Positions 32,813 to 47,700 of a stretch of 64,000 bases of DNA are shown one piece after another. The notes below the pieces were generated by a model, which did no database searches, had not been told where the DNA came from, and saw nothing but the letters and a program-made list of their open reading frames with translations. A program made the position numbers and the translations under genes. Position 1 is the stretch's first letter. Every line of letters begins with the position of its first letter. Origin of the DNA: Macrostomum lignano (Eukaryota); assembly GCA_002269645.1 (NCBI GenBank), contig NIVC01001259.1, forward strand, positions 1-64,000. The letters run 5' to 3'.

Positions 32813-35800
32813 CTAGCAATCTACGCCCCCCGTTGGGGAGCCAAAGAAATGCAATACACGTTTTTTTAATAAGCTACATGTATCCTTGAAATCTTAAAAA
32901 ATCTCCTGTCAAACCTTGTAAGCCTTGACATGTCAGTTATCCCCCCCACAAGCTTTAACATATCAACTTCCCCCCTTGACATCTCAGCAATGCCCCCAAT
33001 AAGCCTTGGAAATCTAAAAATATCTGTCAACCTTCTAACCCTAACCCTAGCCTAACCCTAACCCTAACCCTAACCCTAACCTAACCCTAAAGCATTGAAA
33101 TTTCAGTAATTCTCCCTAAGAGTCATTATAGCACTACTACAGCATTATAGCGATTCCTTGCAAGCCTCAACATCGTAGGGATTCCCAAATGAATCTCTTA
33201 ACTTCGACATGAAGCTTCTTTTATTTTTTACATTACGCTTTTTTATCAGCGATCCCTCCCCTGAGGAGGCATCAAATAATGTAATAAAAAGTTTTCAATA
33301 AACTACATGTAGCTTCTGACTTTAGCCTTGAAATCTCATTTATACCCCCGTGAGCCTTGACATCTCAGCTATTCCCCCCGTAAGCCTTGACATGTCAGCG
33401 ATGGCCCCATAAACCTTGAAATCTAAAAAATCCCCTGTTAACCTTGAAACCCGATAAAATATAACCCTCAACCCACACCTGACCTAAACCTAACTTTAAC
33501 CCAACCTAAAGCCTTGAAATCTCAGCAATTCTTCTCCCCTAAGCCTTAACATTTTAGTGATTCTTTCTTTAAGAATCACAGCACTATAACGATTTCCACC
33601 AAGCTTTGACATCGTAGCAATTCCCAAATGAATCTTTTAACTTCGACATGACTTTTCTTTTATGTATACATAGTGCTACTTTTATTTTTTACATGACTTT
33701 TCTTCTATCAGCGCCCCCCCCGTGACGAGCCAACAAAGAATGCAATAAAAAAATGGAGTAAAGTACATGAACTTTGAAGTAGCTTCTGACTTTTGCTTTG
33801 ACATCTCAGAAACCCCCCCCCCGTAATCTCAGTTATTCTCTGAGAGCCTTGACGTCTCAGTTTTTCTCCCCAGCACAGCTAATAGTTGCATTTAATTTTT
33901 ACATGAACCCTTTATGTCTGACATGACGTTTCTTTTATTCTACCGAGACGCTTCTTAATTTTTTAAATGACACTTTCATTAGTTTTTAAATGAGGCTTAT
34001 ATGATTTTTTCTTGACGCTTTATGATTTTTACATGACGCTTCTATGATTTTTTCTGACGCTTCTATGATTTTTACATGACGCTTCTATGATTTTTTACAT
34101 GACGCTTCTATGATTGTTTACATGACGCTTCTATGATTTTTATATGACGCTTCTATGATTGTTTACATGACGCTTCTATGATTGTTTACATGACGCTTCT
34201 ATGATTGTTTACATGACGCTTCTATGATTGTTTACATGACGCTTCTATGATTGTTTACATGACGCTTCTATGATTGTTTACATGACGCTTCTATGATTTT
34301 TATATGACGCTTCTATGATTTTTTACATGACGCTTCTATGATTTTTTACATGACGCTTCTATGATTGTTTACATGACGCTTCTATGATTGTTTACATGAC
34401 GCTTCTATGATTGTTTACATGACGCTTCTATGATTGTTTACATGACGCTTCTATGATTTTTACATGACGCTTCTATGATTTTTACATGACGCTTCTATGA
34501 TTGTTTACATGACGCTTCTATGATTGTTTACATGACGCTTCTATGATTGTTTACATGACGCTTCTATGATTGTTTACATGACGCTTCTATGATTTTTACA
34601 TGACGCTTCTATGATTTTTACATGACGCTTCTATGATTGTTTACATGACGCTTCTATGATTTTTTACATGACGCTTCTATGATTTTTTACATGACGCTTC
34701 TATGATTTTTTACATGACGCTTCTATGATTGTTTACATGACGCTTCTATGATTTTTATATGACGCTTCTATGATTTTTACATGACGCTTCTATGATTTTT
34801 ACATGACGCTTCTATGATTGTTTACATGACGCTTCTATGATTGTTTACATGACGCTTCTATGATTGTTTACATGACGCTTCTATGATTGTTTACATGACG
34901 CTTCTATGATTTTTACATGACGCTTCTATGATTGTTTACATGACGCTTCTATGATTTTTATATGACGCTTCTATGATTGTTTACATGACGCTTCTATGAT
35001 TGTTTACATGACGCTTCTATGATTTTTATATGACGCTTCTATGATTGTTTACATGACGCTTCTATGATTGTTTACATGACGCTTCTATGATTTTTACATG
35101 ACGCTTCTATGATTTTTTACATGACGCTTCTATGATTGTTTACATGACGCTTCTATGATTTTTTACATGACGCTTCTATGATTTTTTACATGACGCTTCT
35201 ATGATTGTTTACATGACGCTTCTATGATTTTTTACATGACGCTTCTATGATTGTTTACATGACGCTTCTATGATTGTTTACATGACGCTTCTATGATTGT
35301 TTACATGACGCTTCTATGATTTTTTACATGACGCTTCTATGATTTTTTACATGACGCTTCTATGATTTTTACATGACGCTTCTATGATTGTTTACATGAC
35401 GCTTCTATGATTTTTACATGACGCTTCTATGATTTTTACATGACGCTTCTATGATTGTTTACATGACGCTTCTATGATTTTTATGACGCTTCTATGATTT
35501 TTACATGACGCTTCTATGATTGTTTACATGACGCTTCTATGATTTTTACATGACGCTTCTATGATTGTTTACATGACGCTTCTATGATTGTTTACATGAC
35601 GCTTCTATGATTGTTTACATGACGCTTCTATGATTTTTTACATGACGCTTCTATGATTGTTTACATGACGCTTCTATGATTTTTACATGACGCTTCTATG
35701 ATTTTTACATGACGCTTCTATGATTGTTTACATGACGCTTCTATGATTGTTTACATGACGCTTCTATGATTGTTTACATGACGCTTCTATGATTTTTACA

Positions 35801-38721
35801 TGACGCTTCTATGATTGTTTACATGACGCTTCTATGATTTTTACATGACGCTTCTATGATTGTTTACATGACGCTTCTATGATTGTTTACATGACGCTTC
35901 TATGATTTTTACATGACGCTTCTATGATTTTTACATGACGCTTCTATGATTGTTTACATGACGCTTCTATGATTGTTTACATGACGCTTCTATGATTGTT
36001 TACATGACGCTTCTATGATTTTTTACATGACGCTTCTATGATTTTTTACATGACGCTTCTATGATTGTTTACATGACGCTTCTATGATTTTTATGACGCT
36101 TCTATGATTTTTACATGACGCTTCTATGATTTTTTACATGACGCTTCTATGATTGTTACATGACGCTTCTATGATTTTTACATGACGCTTCTATGATTGT
36201 TTACATGACGCTTCTATGATTGTTTACATGACGCTTCTATGATTTTTTACATGACGCTTCTATGATTTTTACATGACGCTTCTATGATTTTTTACATGAC
36301 GCTTCTATGATTGTTTTCATGACGCTTCTATGATTGTTTACATGACGCTTCTATGATTTTTTACATGACGCTTCTATGATTGTTTACATGACGCTTTATG
36401 ATTGTTTACATGACGCTTCTATGATTTTTATATGACGCTTCTATGATTTTTACATGACGCTTCTATGATTTTTTACATGACGCTTCTATGATTTTTTACA
36501 TGACGCTTCTATGATTGTTTACATGACGCTTCTATGATTTTTTACATGACGCTTCTATGATTGTTTACATGACGCTTCTATGATTGTTTACATGACGCTT
36601 CTATGATTGTTTACATGACGCTTCTATGATTTTTACATGACGCTTCTATGATTTTTACATGACGCTTCTATGATTGTTTTCATGACGCTTCTATGATTTT
36701 TTACATGACGCTTCTATGATTTTTTACATGACGCTTCTATGATTGTTTACATGACGCTTCTATGATTGTTTACATGACGCTTCTATGATTGTTTACATGA
36801 CGCTTCTATGATTTTTTACATGACGCTTCTATGATTGTTTACATGACGCTTCTATGATTTTTACATGACGCTTCTATGATTGTTTACATGACGCTTCTAT
36901 GATTGTTTACATGACGCTTCTATGATTTTTTACATGACGCTTCTATGATTTTTTACATGACGCTTCTATGATTTTTTACATGACGCTTCTATGATTGTTT
37001 ACATGACGCTTCTATGATTTTTATATGACGCTTCTATGATTTTTTACATGACGCTTCTATGATTGTTTACATGACGCTTCTATGATTGTTTACATGACGC
37101 TTCTATGATTGTTTACATGACGCTTCTATGATTGTTTACATGACGCTTCTATGATTGTTTACATGACGCTTCTATGATTGTTTACATGACGCTTCTATGA
37201 TTTTTTACATGACGCTTCTATGATTTTTTACATGACGCTTCTATGATTGTTTACATGACGCTTCTATGATTTTTACATGACGCTTCTATGATTGTTTACA
37301 TGACGCTTCTATGATTTTTTACATGACGCTTCTATGATTGTTACATGACGCTTCTATGATTTTTTACATGACGCTTCTATGATTGTTTACATGACGCTTC
37401 TTGATTTTTACATGACGCTTCTATGATTGTTTACATGACGCTTCTAATTTTTTACATGACGCTTCTACGATTTTTTACATGACGCTTCTATGATTGTTTT
37501 CATGACGCTTCTATGATTGTTTACATGACGCTTCTAAGATTTTTTACATGACGCTTCTATGATTGTTTACATGACGCTTTTTGATTGTTTACATGACGCT
37601 TCTACGATTTTTATATGACGCTTCTATGATTTTTTACATGACGCTTCTATGATTTTTACATGACGCTTCTATGATTGTTTACATGACGCTTCTATGATTT
37701 TTTACATGACGCTTCTATGATTGTTTACATGACGCTTCTATGATTGTTTACATGACGCTTCTATGATTGTTTACATGACGCTTCTAATTTTTTACATGAC
37801 GCTTCTATGATTTTTTACATGACGCTTTATGATTGTTTTCATGACGCTTCTATGATTTTTACATGACGCTTCTATGATTTTTACATGACGCTTCTATGAT
37901 TGTTTACATGACGCTTCTATGATTGTTTACATGACGCTTCTATGATTGTTTACATGACGCTTCTATGATTTTTACATGACGCTTCTATGATTTTTTGACG
38001 CTTCTATGATTGTTTACATGACGCTTCTATGATTTTTTACATGGCGCTTGTATGATTGTTTACATGACGCTTCTATGATTGTTTACATGACGCTTCTACG
38101 ATTTTTATATGACGCTTCTTTTTAAAAAGTCTTTTAGTTTTCCTGACGTTGAAAAGCTTTAATTAAAAAAACTATACTCAAATTCAAACCATCGAAAATT
38201 CAAACCATCGTCACTGCATTTAGCAGTTCAGTTTGTTCACCTTTAGGCTAGCTCTCATCATTTTGATAACATCAACTTTTGCACTTATATAACTCAACAC
38301 TTTTAAATCCAAGCATAGAGTAAATCACACGAAGCAGTTATGACATAATCAGTTTCTCAGTCAGTCAGTATCAGTTAACAATATGGTTACGCAATTTAAA
38401 TCAAGTCTGGTGCTACGCTTCCACACTGCATTTTCAATTCAAGTCGGAGTTACAATTCAGTTATGATGCAATCTATTTCAGAGTCAGAATTCAACCAGTC
38501 AGTTTTTTCTCTAGCATTCTTACAATGCATTTCAAGTCAAAAAGTTTGCTTGACCTTTGCAAAAAAGCATGTTTTTCGAATATTTAATGCCTTTAGCATC
38601 GAGCAATTTCTTAGCCACGATGCATGTACCGTCACGGGAAAATTTCTGATCGAACAGTGCAAGTTCGAACAAAATCGGTCCAGCCATTTTTTCTCTAATC
38701 TATCACATATATATATATAGA
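32813..38721 (-). mobile_element. Non-autonomous Helitron-like element or composite containing about 450-bp tandem units and a large satellite
   Basis: Minus-strand 3' end: hairpin ctcccc-aac-gggggg, then CTAG|T at 32813-32816. Minus-strand 5' end: TCTATATATA at 38721. Hairpin-led units start near 32826, 33250 and 33712; (CCCTAA)n at 33045-33088. That the two ends belong to one element is inferred. Confidence 0.5.
33990..38118. repeat. 22/23-bp satellite acatgacgcttctatgatt(g/t)ttt, roughly 180 copies
   Basis: About 4.1 kb of homogeneous tandem array with degenerate units on the left edge; copy number estimated from length divided by period. Confidence 0.98.
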
Positions 38722-38740
38722 CATCACATTTTTAGTATAT

Positions 38741-41700
38741 ACGAGGCCAACTCCTCCTCTGGAGGAGAAAGGGGAAGAACTCCCATCACCGGAATTCCAT
38801 TCCCTGATCTCCATCAGCTGAATCCCATCATCTAACTGTTCTCCAAATCCATTAAAATCCTCTCCGTGAAACTGAACACCATCGAAATCCTCTCCGCGAA
38901 ACAGAAATCCTCTCCGCGAAACTGGACCCAATCGAAATTTTCTCCGTCAAACAGAACTCAACTCTCAGGATTCATTAGTTAGGGTTAGGGTTAGAGCTGC
39001 ACAGAGCTGCGGGTTGAAAGGCGCCGATAAAAATGTGAATTAATTGAATCAATTTATTGCGCAACCGTTTTCTCATTCAGTCAGTATCAGGCTCAGGTAA
39101 AGTTAACGAAATGATTGCGCAATCTAAATCAACCCTCCAATACACAGCGACTGACCCCCTTCCGCAGTGGCAATTAAAAGTTGAACCGCCCCCCCCTCCC
39201 ACCAACTGTTGGGGGGTTGGTCGAACCCCCATTGAACCCCAAAATGAGTACAATATTTCCAGAAAGTAAAAAGTATGGAAGTTGTTTTCGATCGCTGTGT
39301 TTTTTCTTTTCACATTTAAAACAAACAACTTATATCCCCGAACTCAGTGTTGCGAGACCTTTCCAGCAATATAAGTATATTCTTTTAAAGTTTAGAACTC
39401 GAGGAACAGTTTGCGTTTGAAATGTCCCGATTTAAAGCATTGAAGTATCGAGTGTACGTTCACCTGCCTGCTAAAAAGGCTCGCAAGTTGATGCATTGAA
39501 TTTCAGTGTGCAAAAAATACACCGGGCTGCCTAATTGAAAATCAGAGCACATATCGTTGCGCAATTGTCTATACAGTCAGCCCGTGCGCCAAGGTCCAAG
39601 TGTACACACGCCGCCACTGAGAACGCAAGCACCCCCCACTGGAGAGAAAATACACTGCAGAGATAGGAGAAAGTTATGGCGCAATCGCTCAAAATTCATG
39701 CAAGTTTTCAGCTCCAAGCAGAAAGAGGGGACAAATAAGATTATCAAAGGTCAATATTGCAGTTTTTTGCTTTTTTCGGGATCTTAAAATGCAAAAATAA
39801 AAAATTGAAATAGCCCACTGCCATCCTCGGAAAATTTGCAGTTTTCCCATATAAGTCTCGACGCTGACTTGCAAGTCGTCTAGGAGGAGATATGTATCAC
39901 ACAGACAAACAACGCACCACTTTTAGTATTTAGACGAGGCCAACTCCTCCGCTGGAGGAGAAAGGGGAAGAACTCCCATCACCGGAATTCCATTCCCTGA
40001 AATCCACCAACTGAATCCCATCATCCAACTCCTCACCGCAAAACTGAACACCATCGAAATCCTCTCCGCGAAACAGAAATCCTCTCCGTGAAACTGAACT
40101 CCAAGGAAATCCTCTGCGTGAAACTAAAATCCATCAAAATTGTCTCCGTAAAACAGAAATACATCAAAATTCTCTCCGCAAGACAGAAATCCTCTCCAAG
40201 AAACTGAAAACCATTGAAATTCCCTCCGTGAAACTGGATTCAATCGAAATTTTCTCCGTCAAAGGGAATTAACTCCCAGGATTCAATGGTTAGGGTTAGG
40301 GTTAGGGTTATGGTTAGAGCTACACACAGCAGCGTGTTGAAAGGCGCCGATAAAAAAATTGAACCAATTGAATCAGTTGAATGCGCAACCAATTTCATAG
40401 TCATTCAGTATCAGTCTCGGTAAAATTAGGAAAAAAAATTGCGCAATCTAAATCAACCCTCCAATACACAGCGACCGACCCCTTCCAATACGCAGTGAAG
40501 GTTAGAAATTCAACCCCCCCCCCCCTAACTGTTGGGGTGTCGGTCGAACCCCCATTGAACCCGTAAAATGAGTACAATCTTTGCAGAGAGTTAAAAGTAT
40601 TGAAATATCGTCTTTGCTTTTGCTTTGCTTTTTGCTTTCATATTTAAAGCAAACAACTTATATCCTCGAAGTCAGCATTGAAAGATCTTTCCAGCAATAT
40701 AAGTCTCTTCTCTCAGAGTTCAAAACTCGAGGAACAGTTGGCGTTTGAAATATCCAAATTTAAAGCATTGAACTATCGAGTGTACGCATACGTGCACTGC
40801 CTGCTAAAAAGGCTTGCAAGTTTATTCATTAAATTCCACTGCCGCCCCAGCACCCTCAACACAGGGGGGTTTGGTTAAGTTCTCAGTGCACACAGTTGTG
40901 GCGCAATCGCTAAAAATTGATGTCAACCGGCCCAGCTTACACCCCTTCAGTTGAAAGAATACACTGCACAGATAGGCCGGCTGTTGTGGCGCAATAATTG
41001 TAAATTACGCAAGATGTTCATATTCCCCTATTGTTTTACTACTTCTGCTTTTTTAGGGATCTTAAGACGTGAAAATAAAAAATTGAAATAGCCCACTGCC
41101 ATCCTCGGAAAATTTGCAGTTTTCCCATATAAGTTTCAACGCTGACTTGCAAGTCGTCTAGGAGGAGATGTGTATCACACAAACAGACAAACAACGCACC
41201 AACTTTAGTATTAAGACGAGGCCAACTCCTCCTTCGGAGGAGAAAGGGGAAGAACTCCCATCACCGGAATTCCATTCCCTGAAATATCCATCAACTGAAA
41301 TTCCATGTCTTGAACCCTATCTTCCAAATCGTCTCCAAATTCTTTACAAAATCTTTGAAAGACCATAGCTCAAAGACTCTCACGTCTCTCATATCTCCTC
41401 TCTCTTCTATTCGCTATTATCGTGACTCTCTTCTCTCTCCTCTCTCTCATCTCATCTCTACCCCTACTCCCTTATTTATCTCTTCTCCCTCGTCTTTCGT
41501 TTGTACCCTCTCCTGTCTCTTGTCTCCTCTCTTCTCTCATATCTCTCCTCTTCACTTCTGTCTCCTGTCTCCTCTCTTCTCTCTTATCTCTCCCTCTTCT
41601 CTCCTCTCTCATATGTCATCTCTTCTTACTTATCTATCGTCTCTCTTAACCCTCTCTCTCTTCTCTTTTCTCTCCTATCTGCTTCTCATTTCTCATATCT

Positions 41701-44700
41701 CATATACGCTCTCACACTCTACTTTCTTGTCTCCCATCTTTCTTTCCTCCTTACCACTATCCCCTATCTCTTCTCTTCTCTCTTTTCTATCCTCTCCATT
41801 CTCTCTTCTCTCCTCTCCTTTCTCATTTCATCTTCTCCCCTCTCTTCTCTAATCTCTAATCTCTTCTCTCTTATGTTCTCACTCATCTCTTTTCTCATCG
41901 CATCTCTCATTTCTCCCCTCTTTTCTCCTCTCTTCTCTCTCATCTCTCATCCCTCATCTCACTCCTTCTTTCTCCTCTACTCTCCCCTCTTTTCTATTAC
42001 CTCTGTACGCTCTTATCCCTCATCTCTATTCTCTCTCCTATCATCTCTCTTGTCTCCCTCTGCTATCTCATATCTCCCCTCTCGTCTCCTCTCTCCTCTT
42101 CTCTTCTCTCTCCTTCGTTCCCGCCTTACTCCCCTCTTTTCTCCCATCTGTCATGTCTAATCTCTCGTCTCATTTCTACTCTGTTTTCTATCATCTCATC
42201 TCTCTTCTCTTTTCATTCTTCTCTTTACTCTCTTCTCTGACTGACTGAAGATGCCAAATCCATCAAAATCCTCTCCGCAAAGCAGAAATCCTGTCCGTTC
42301 AAATGAAAACCATCGAAATCCTCTCCATGAAACTGGACTCCTTCGAAATCCTCTCATTGAAACTTAAATCCATCAAAATCGTCTCGATAAAACAGAAATC
42401 AATCATAAATTATCTCCGCGAAACAGAAATCCTCACTGTGAAGATGAACGTGATCGAAATCCTCTCCGTGAAACTGAACACCATCGAAATCCTCTCCACG
42501 AAACAGAAATTCTCTCCGTCAAAATTTAAACATTGAAATCGTCTCCGCTAAACTTGACTTAATCGATTTTTTTCCGTCAAACAACTCAACTCTCCGGATT
42601 CATTGGTTAGGGTTAGGGTTAGGGTTAGGGTTAGAACTATACGCACAGCTTCGTGTTAAAAGGCACTGATAAAAATATTGAACTAATTGAATCAATTCAT
42701 TGCGCAACCGATTTCACAGTCAGTCAGTATCAGTCTCAGTTAAAGTTAACAAAAACATTGCGCAATCTAAATCAACCCTCCAATACACAGCAGCAGTGAG
42801 AAGTTGAACCCTCCCCCAACTTTATCTATTACGTCTCGCAAAACTGAGTACAATTTTTGCAGAAAGTTAAAAGTATGGAAATAGTTTTTCAAATGCTGTG
42901 CATTTTCTTTTCATATTTAAAGCAAACAACTTATATTCCCGAACTCAGCGTTGCAAGATCTTTCCAGCAATATAAGTTTCTCCTCTCAAAGTTTAAAACT
43001 CGAGGAACAGTTAGCGTTTGAAATTTACCGATTTCCCGACTGCTTGCTAGAGAAGCTCGCAAGTTTATTCATTGAAATTCACTGCCCAGCTAATACACAG
43101 GGCCGATAATAAAACCAATTGAATCTCGGCACAGTTCTATCTTTTTAAAACAGCTATGTACACTCAGCCCAAGCCCAACCCCCCCGTTTCGGGGAATCAT
43201 TAAATTTAACTCAACCCCTCAACTAAAATCTTCCTACAATCTTTGCAGGAAGTTAAAAGTATGGAAATCGTTTTTTGAATCCCGCGCTTTTAGTTTTCAT
43301 ATTTAAAGCAAACAATTTATATCCCCGAACTCAGCGTTGCAAGTTCTTTCCAGCAATATAAGTCTCTCCTCTCAAAGTTAAAAAATCCAGCAACAGTCTG
43401 AGTTTGAAATTTGCCGATTTATAAGCATTGCAATATTGAGTGTACGTTCATACGTTCACTGCCTGCTAAAGAGGCCCGCAAGTTTATTCATTGAATTTCA
43501 CTGTCTAACCAATGCACAGGGCAGTCAATTGAAAGGTGCTGATAATAAAACCAATTGAATCTCAGCACAATAGCCATATAATTGCGCTTACTTACCCACC
43601 ACCCCACGAAATACACACAGTTCAATTTTTCAGCCGGGGTCCGCTTGTACACACGCTGCCACTGAGAACGCGACCAACCCCCACTGGCGAGAAAATACAC
43701 TACAGAGATAGGAGAAAGTTGTGGCGCAATCGCTCAAAATCATGCAAATTTTCGGCTCCGAGCAGAAAAAGTGTCCAGAGAAGGTTAGGAAATCAGTTTT
43801 CTGCTTTTTTAGGGATCTTAAAATGTGAAAATAAAAAATTGAAATAGCCCACTGCAGTCCCCGGAAAATTTGCAGTTTCCCCATATAAGTTTCAACGCTG
43901 ACTTGCAAGTATTCTAGGAGGAGTTATGCAACACACAAACAAACAGACAAACAAACAAACAATCATCGCACCAACTTTAGTATTAGGACGAGTGGAACTC
44001 CTCCTTCGGAGGAGAAAGGGGAAGAACTCCCATCACCGGAATTCTATTCCCTGAAATATCCATCAACTGAAATTCCATGTCTTTAACCCTATCTTCCAAA
44101 TCGTCTCCAAATTCTTTACAAAATCTTTCAAAGACCATAGCTCAAAGACTCTCAAGTCTCTCATATCTCCTCTCTCCTCTCTTTCATCTCATCTCTACCC
44201 CTGTTCCCTTATTTATCTCTTCTCCCTCGTCTTTCGTCTGTACCTTCTCCTGTCTTCTGTCTCCTCTCTTCACTCTTATCTCTCCCTCTTCTCTCCTCTC
44301 TCATATGTCATCTCTACTCACTTATCTATCGTCTCTCTTAACCCTCTCTCTCTCTTCTCTTTTCTCTTCTCTCTGCTCTCATTTCTCATATTTCATATAC
44401 GCTCTGACACTACTTTCTTGTCTCCCATCTTTCTTCCTCCTTTTCACTATCCCCTGTCTCTTCTCTTCTCTCTTTTCTATTCTCTCCATTCTCTCTTTTC
44501 TCCTTTCCTTGCTCCTTTCATCTCTCTCCTCTCTCCTCACTCTCTTCTCCTTTCGCTTCTCTCTCCTCTCTCTCCTCTCATCTTTACTACCTTATTTATA
44601 TCTTCTCCCTAGTCTTTCGTCTGTACTCTCTCCTGTCTCCTCTCTCCCCTCCTCTCTCATCCCTCATCTCCTCATCTCCTCATCTCACTCTTTCTTTCTC

Positions 44701-47700
44701 CTCTACTCTCCCCTCTCTTCTATTGCCTCTGTACGCTCTTATCCCTCATCTATTCTCTCTCCTATCATCTCCAATCTGTCATGTCTAATCTCTCCACTCA
44801 ATTTTACTCTGTTTTCTATCATCTCTTCTCTCTTCTCTTTTCAGTCTTCTCTTTACTCTCTTCTCTGACTGATTGAAGATGCCAAATCCATCAAAATCCT
44901 CTCCGCGAAGCAAAAATCCTGTCTGTGCAACTAAAAACCATCGTAATCCTCTCAGTGAAACTGGACTCCTTCGAAATCCTCTCCTTGAAACCTGAATCCA
45001 TCAAAATTGTTTCCATAAAACAGAAATCAATCATAAATTATCTCAGCGAAACAGAAAGCCTCTCCGTGAAGCTGAACATGATCGAAATCCTCTCCGTGAA
45101 ACTGAACACCATGGAAATCCTTTCGTGAAACTGAACATCATCGAAATCCTCTCCACGAAACAGAAATCTTCTCCGTCAGAATTTAAACATTGAAATCGTC
45201 TCCGCTAAACTTGACTTAATCGAATTTTTTCCGTCAAACAACTCAACTCGCCAGATTCATTAGGGTTAGGGTTAGGGTTAGGGTTAGAACTACGCACAGC
45301 TTCGTGTTAAAAGGCACAGATAAAAATATTGAACTAATTGAATCAATTCATTGCGCAACCGATTTCACAGTCAGTCAGTATCAGCCTCAGGTAAAGTTAA
45401 CAAAAGATTGCGCAATCTAAATCAACCCTCCAATCCACAGCTGTAGTGAGAAGTTGAACCCTCCCCCCAACTTTATCTATTACGTCTTGCAAAACTGAGT
45501 ACAATATTTGCAAAAAGTTAAAAGTATGGAAATAGTTTTCCAAATGCTGTGCTTTTTCTTTTCATAGTTAAAGCAAACAACTTATATCCCCGAACTCAGC
45601 GTTGCAAGATCTTGCCAGCAATATAAGTTTCTCCTCTCAAAGTTTAAAACTCGAGGAACAGTTAGCGTTTGAAACTGTCTGATTTATAGCATTGAAGTAT
45701 CGAGTGTACGTTCACTGCCTGCTTGCAAGTTGATGCATTGAATTTCAATGTCCAACAAATACACAGGACTGCCCATTGATAGGCAGGAAAACTTATCAGT
45801 AGCCATATCATTGCGCAATTATCTATAAAGTCAGCCAGTGAGCCAGGGTCCAATTGTACACACGCCGCCAATGAGAACGCGCCCATTCCCCCACAGGAGA
45901 GAAAATGCACTGGCGACATAGGAAAAAGTTGTGGCGTAATCACTCAAAATTTATGCCAATTTTCAGCTCCGAGCAGAAAGAGGGGACAATTAAGATTATC
46001 AAAGGTCAAGACCGCCGTTTTCTGCTTTTTTAGGGATCTTAAAAATTGAAAATGAAAGATTAAAATAGCCTAAAGCCATCCTCGGAAAATTTGCAGTTTT
46101 CCCATATAAGTTTCAACGCTGAGTTGCAAGTATTCTAGGAGGAGTTATCGAACTGACATACAGACAGACAAACAACGCGTCAACTTTAGTATATACGAGT
46201 GGAACTCCTCCTTCGGAGGAGAAAGGGGAAGAACTCCCATCACCGGAATTCTATTCCCTGAAATATCCATCAACTGAAATTCCATATCTTTAACCCTATC
46301 TTCCAAATCGTCTCCAAATTCTTTACAAAATCTTTCAAAGACCATAGCTCAAAGACTCTCAAGTCTCTCATATCTCCTCTCTCCTCTCTCTCATCTCATC
46401 TCTACCCCTGCTCCCTTATTTATCTCTTCTCCCTCGTCTTTCGTCTGTACCTTCTCCTGTCTTCTGTCTCCTCTCTTCACTCTTATCTCTCCCTCTTCTC
46501 TCCTCTCTCATATGTCATCTCTACTCACTTATCTATCGTCTCTCTTAACCCTCTCTCTCTCTTCTCTTTTCTCTTCTCTCTGCTCTCATTTCTCATATTT
46601 CATATACGCTCTGACACTACTTTCTTGTCTCCCATCTTTCTTCCTCCTTTTCACTATCCCCTGTCTCTTCTCTTCTCTCTTTTCTATTCTCTCCATTCTC
46701 TCTTTTCTCCTTTCCTTGCTCCTTTCATATCTCTCCTCTCTCCTCACTCTCTTCTCTTTCGCTTCTCTCTCCTCTCTCTCCTCTCATCTTTACTACCTTA
46801 TTTATATCTTCTCCCTAGTCTTTCGTCTGTACTCTCTCCTGTCTCCTCTCTCCCCTCCTCTCTCATTCCTCATCTCCTCATCTCACTCTTTCTTTCTCCT
46901 CTACTCTCCCCTCTCTTCTATTGCCTCTGTACGCTCTTATCCCTCATCTATTCTCTCTCCTATCATCTCCAATCTGTCATGTCTAATCTCTCCACTCAAT
47001 TATACTCTGTTTTCTATCATCTCTTCTCTCTTCTCTTTTCAGTCTTCTCTTTACTCTCTTCTCTGACTGATTGAAGATGCCAAATCCATCAAGATCCTCT
47101 CCGCGAAGCAAAAATCCTGTCTGTGCAACTAAAAACCATCGAAATCCTCTCCGTGAAACTGGACTCCTTCGAAATCCTCTCCTTGAAACTTAAATCCATC
47201 AAAATTGTTTCCATAAAACAGAAATCAATCATAAATTATCTCCGCGAAACAGAAAGCCTCTCCGTGAAGCTGAACATGATCGAAATCCTCTCCGTGAAAC
47301 TGAACACCATGGAAATCCTTTCGTGAAACTGAACATCATCGAAATCCTCTCCACGAAACAGAAATCTTCTCCGTCAAAATTAAAACATTGAAATCGTCTC
47401 CGCTAAACTTGACTTAATCGAATTTTTTTCCGTCAAACAACTCAACTCGCCAGATTCATTAGGGTTAGGGTTAGGGTTAGGGTTAGGGTTAGAACTACGC
47501 ACAGCTTCGTGTTAAAAGGCACAGATAAAAATATTGAACTAATTGAATCAATTCATTGCGCAACCGATTTCACAGTCAGTCAGTATCAGCCTCAGGTAAA
47601 GTTAACAAAAACATTGCGCAATCTAAATCAACCCTCCAATACACAGCAGCAGTGAGAAGTTGAACCCTCCCCCAACAATCTTTGCAGAATAAAGTACAAT

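Noticed and set aside
33045-33088. (CCCTAA)n as a true telomere or chromosome-fusion scar
   Set aside because: Short, degenerate and embedded in a repeated unit; treated as element-borne.
41310-47074. Leu/Ser-rich membrane-protein-like ORFs
   Set aside because: Artefact of C/T-only composition; repeated in each array unit.
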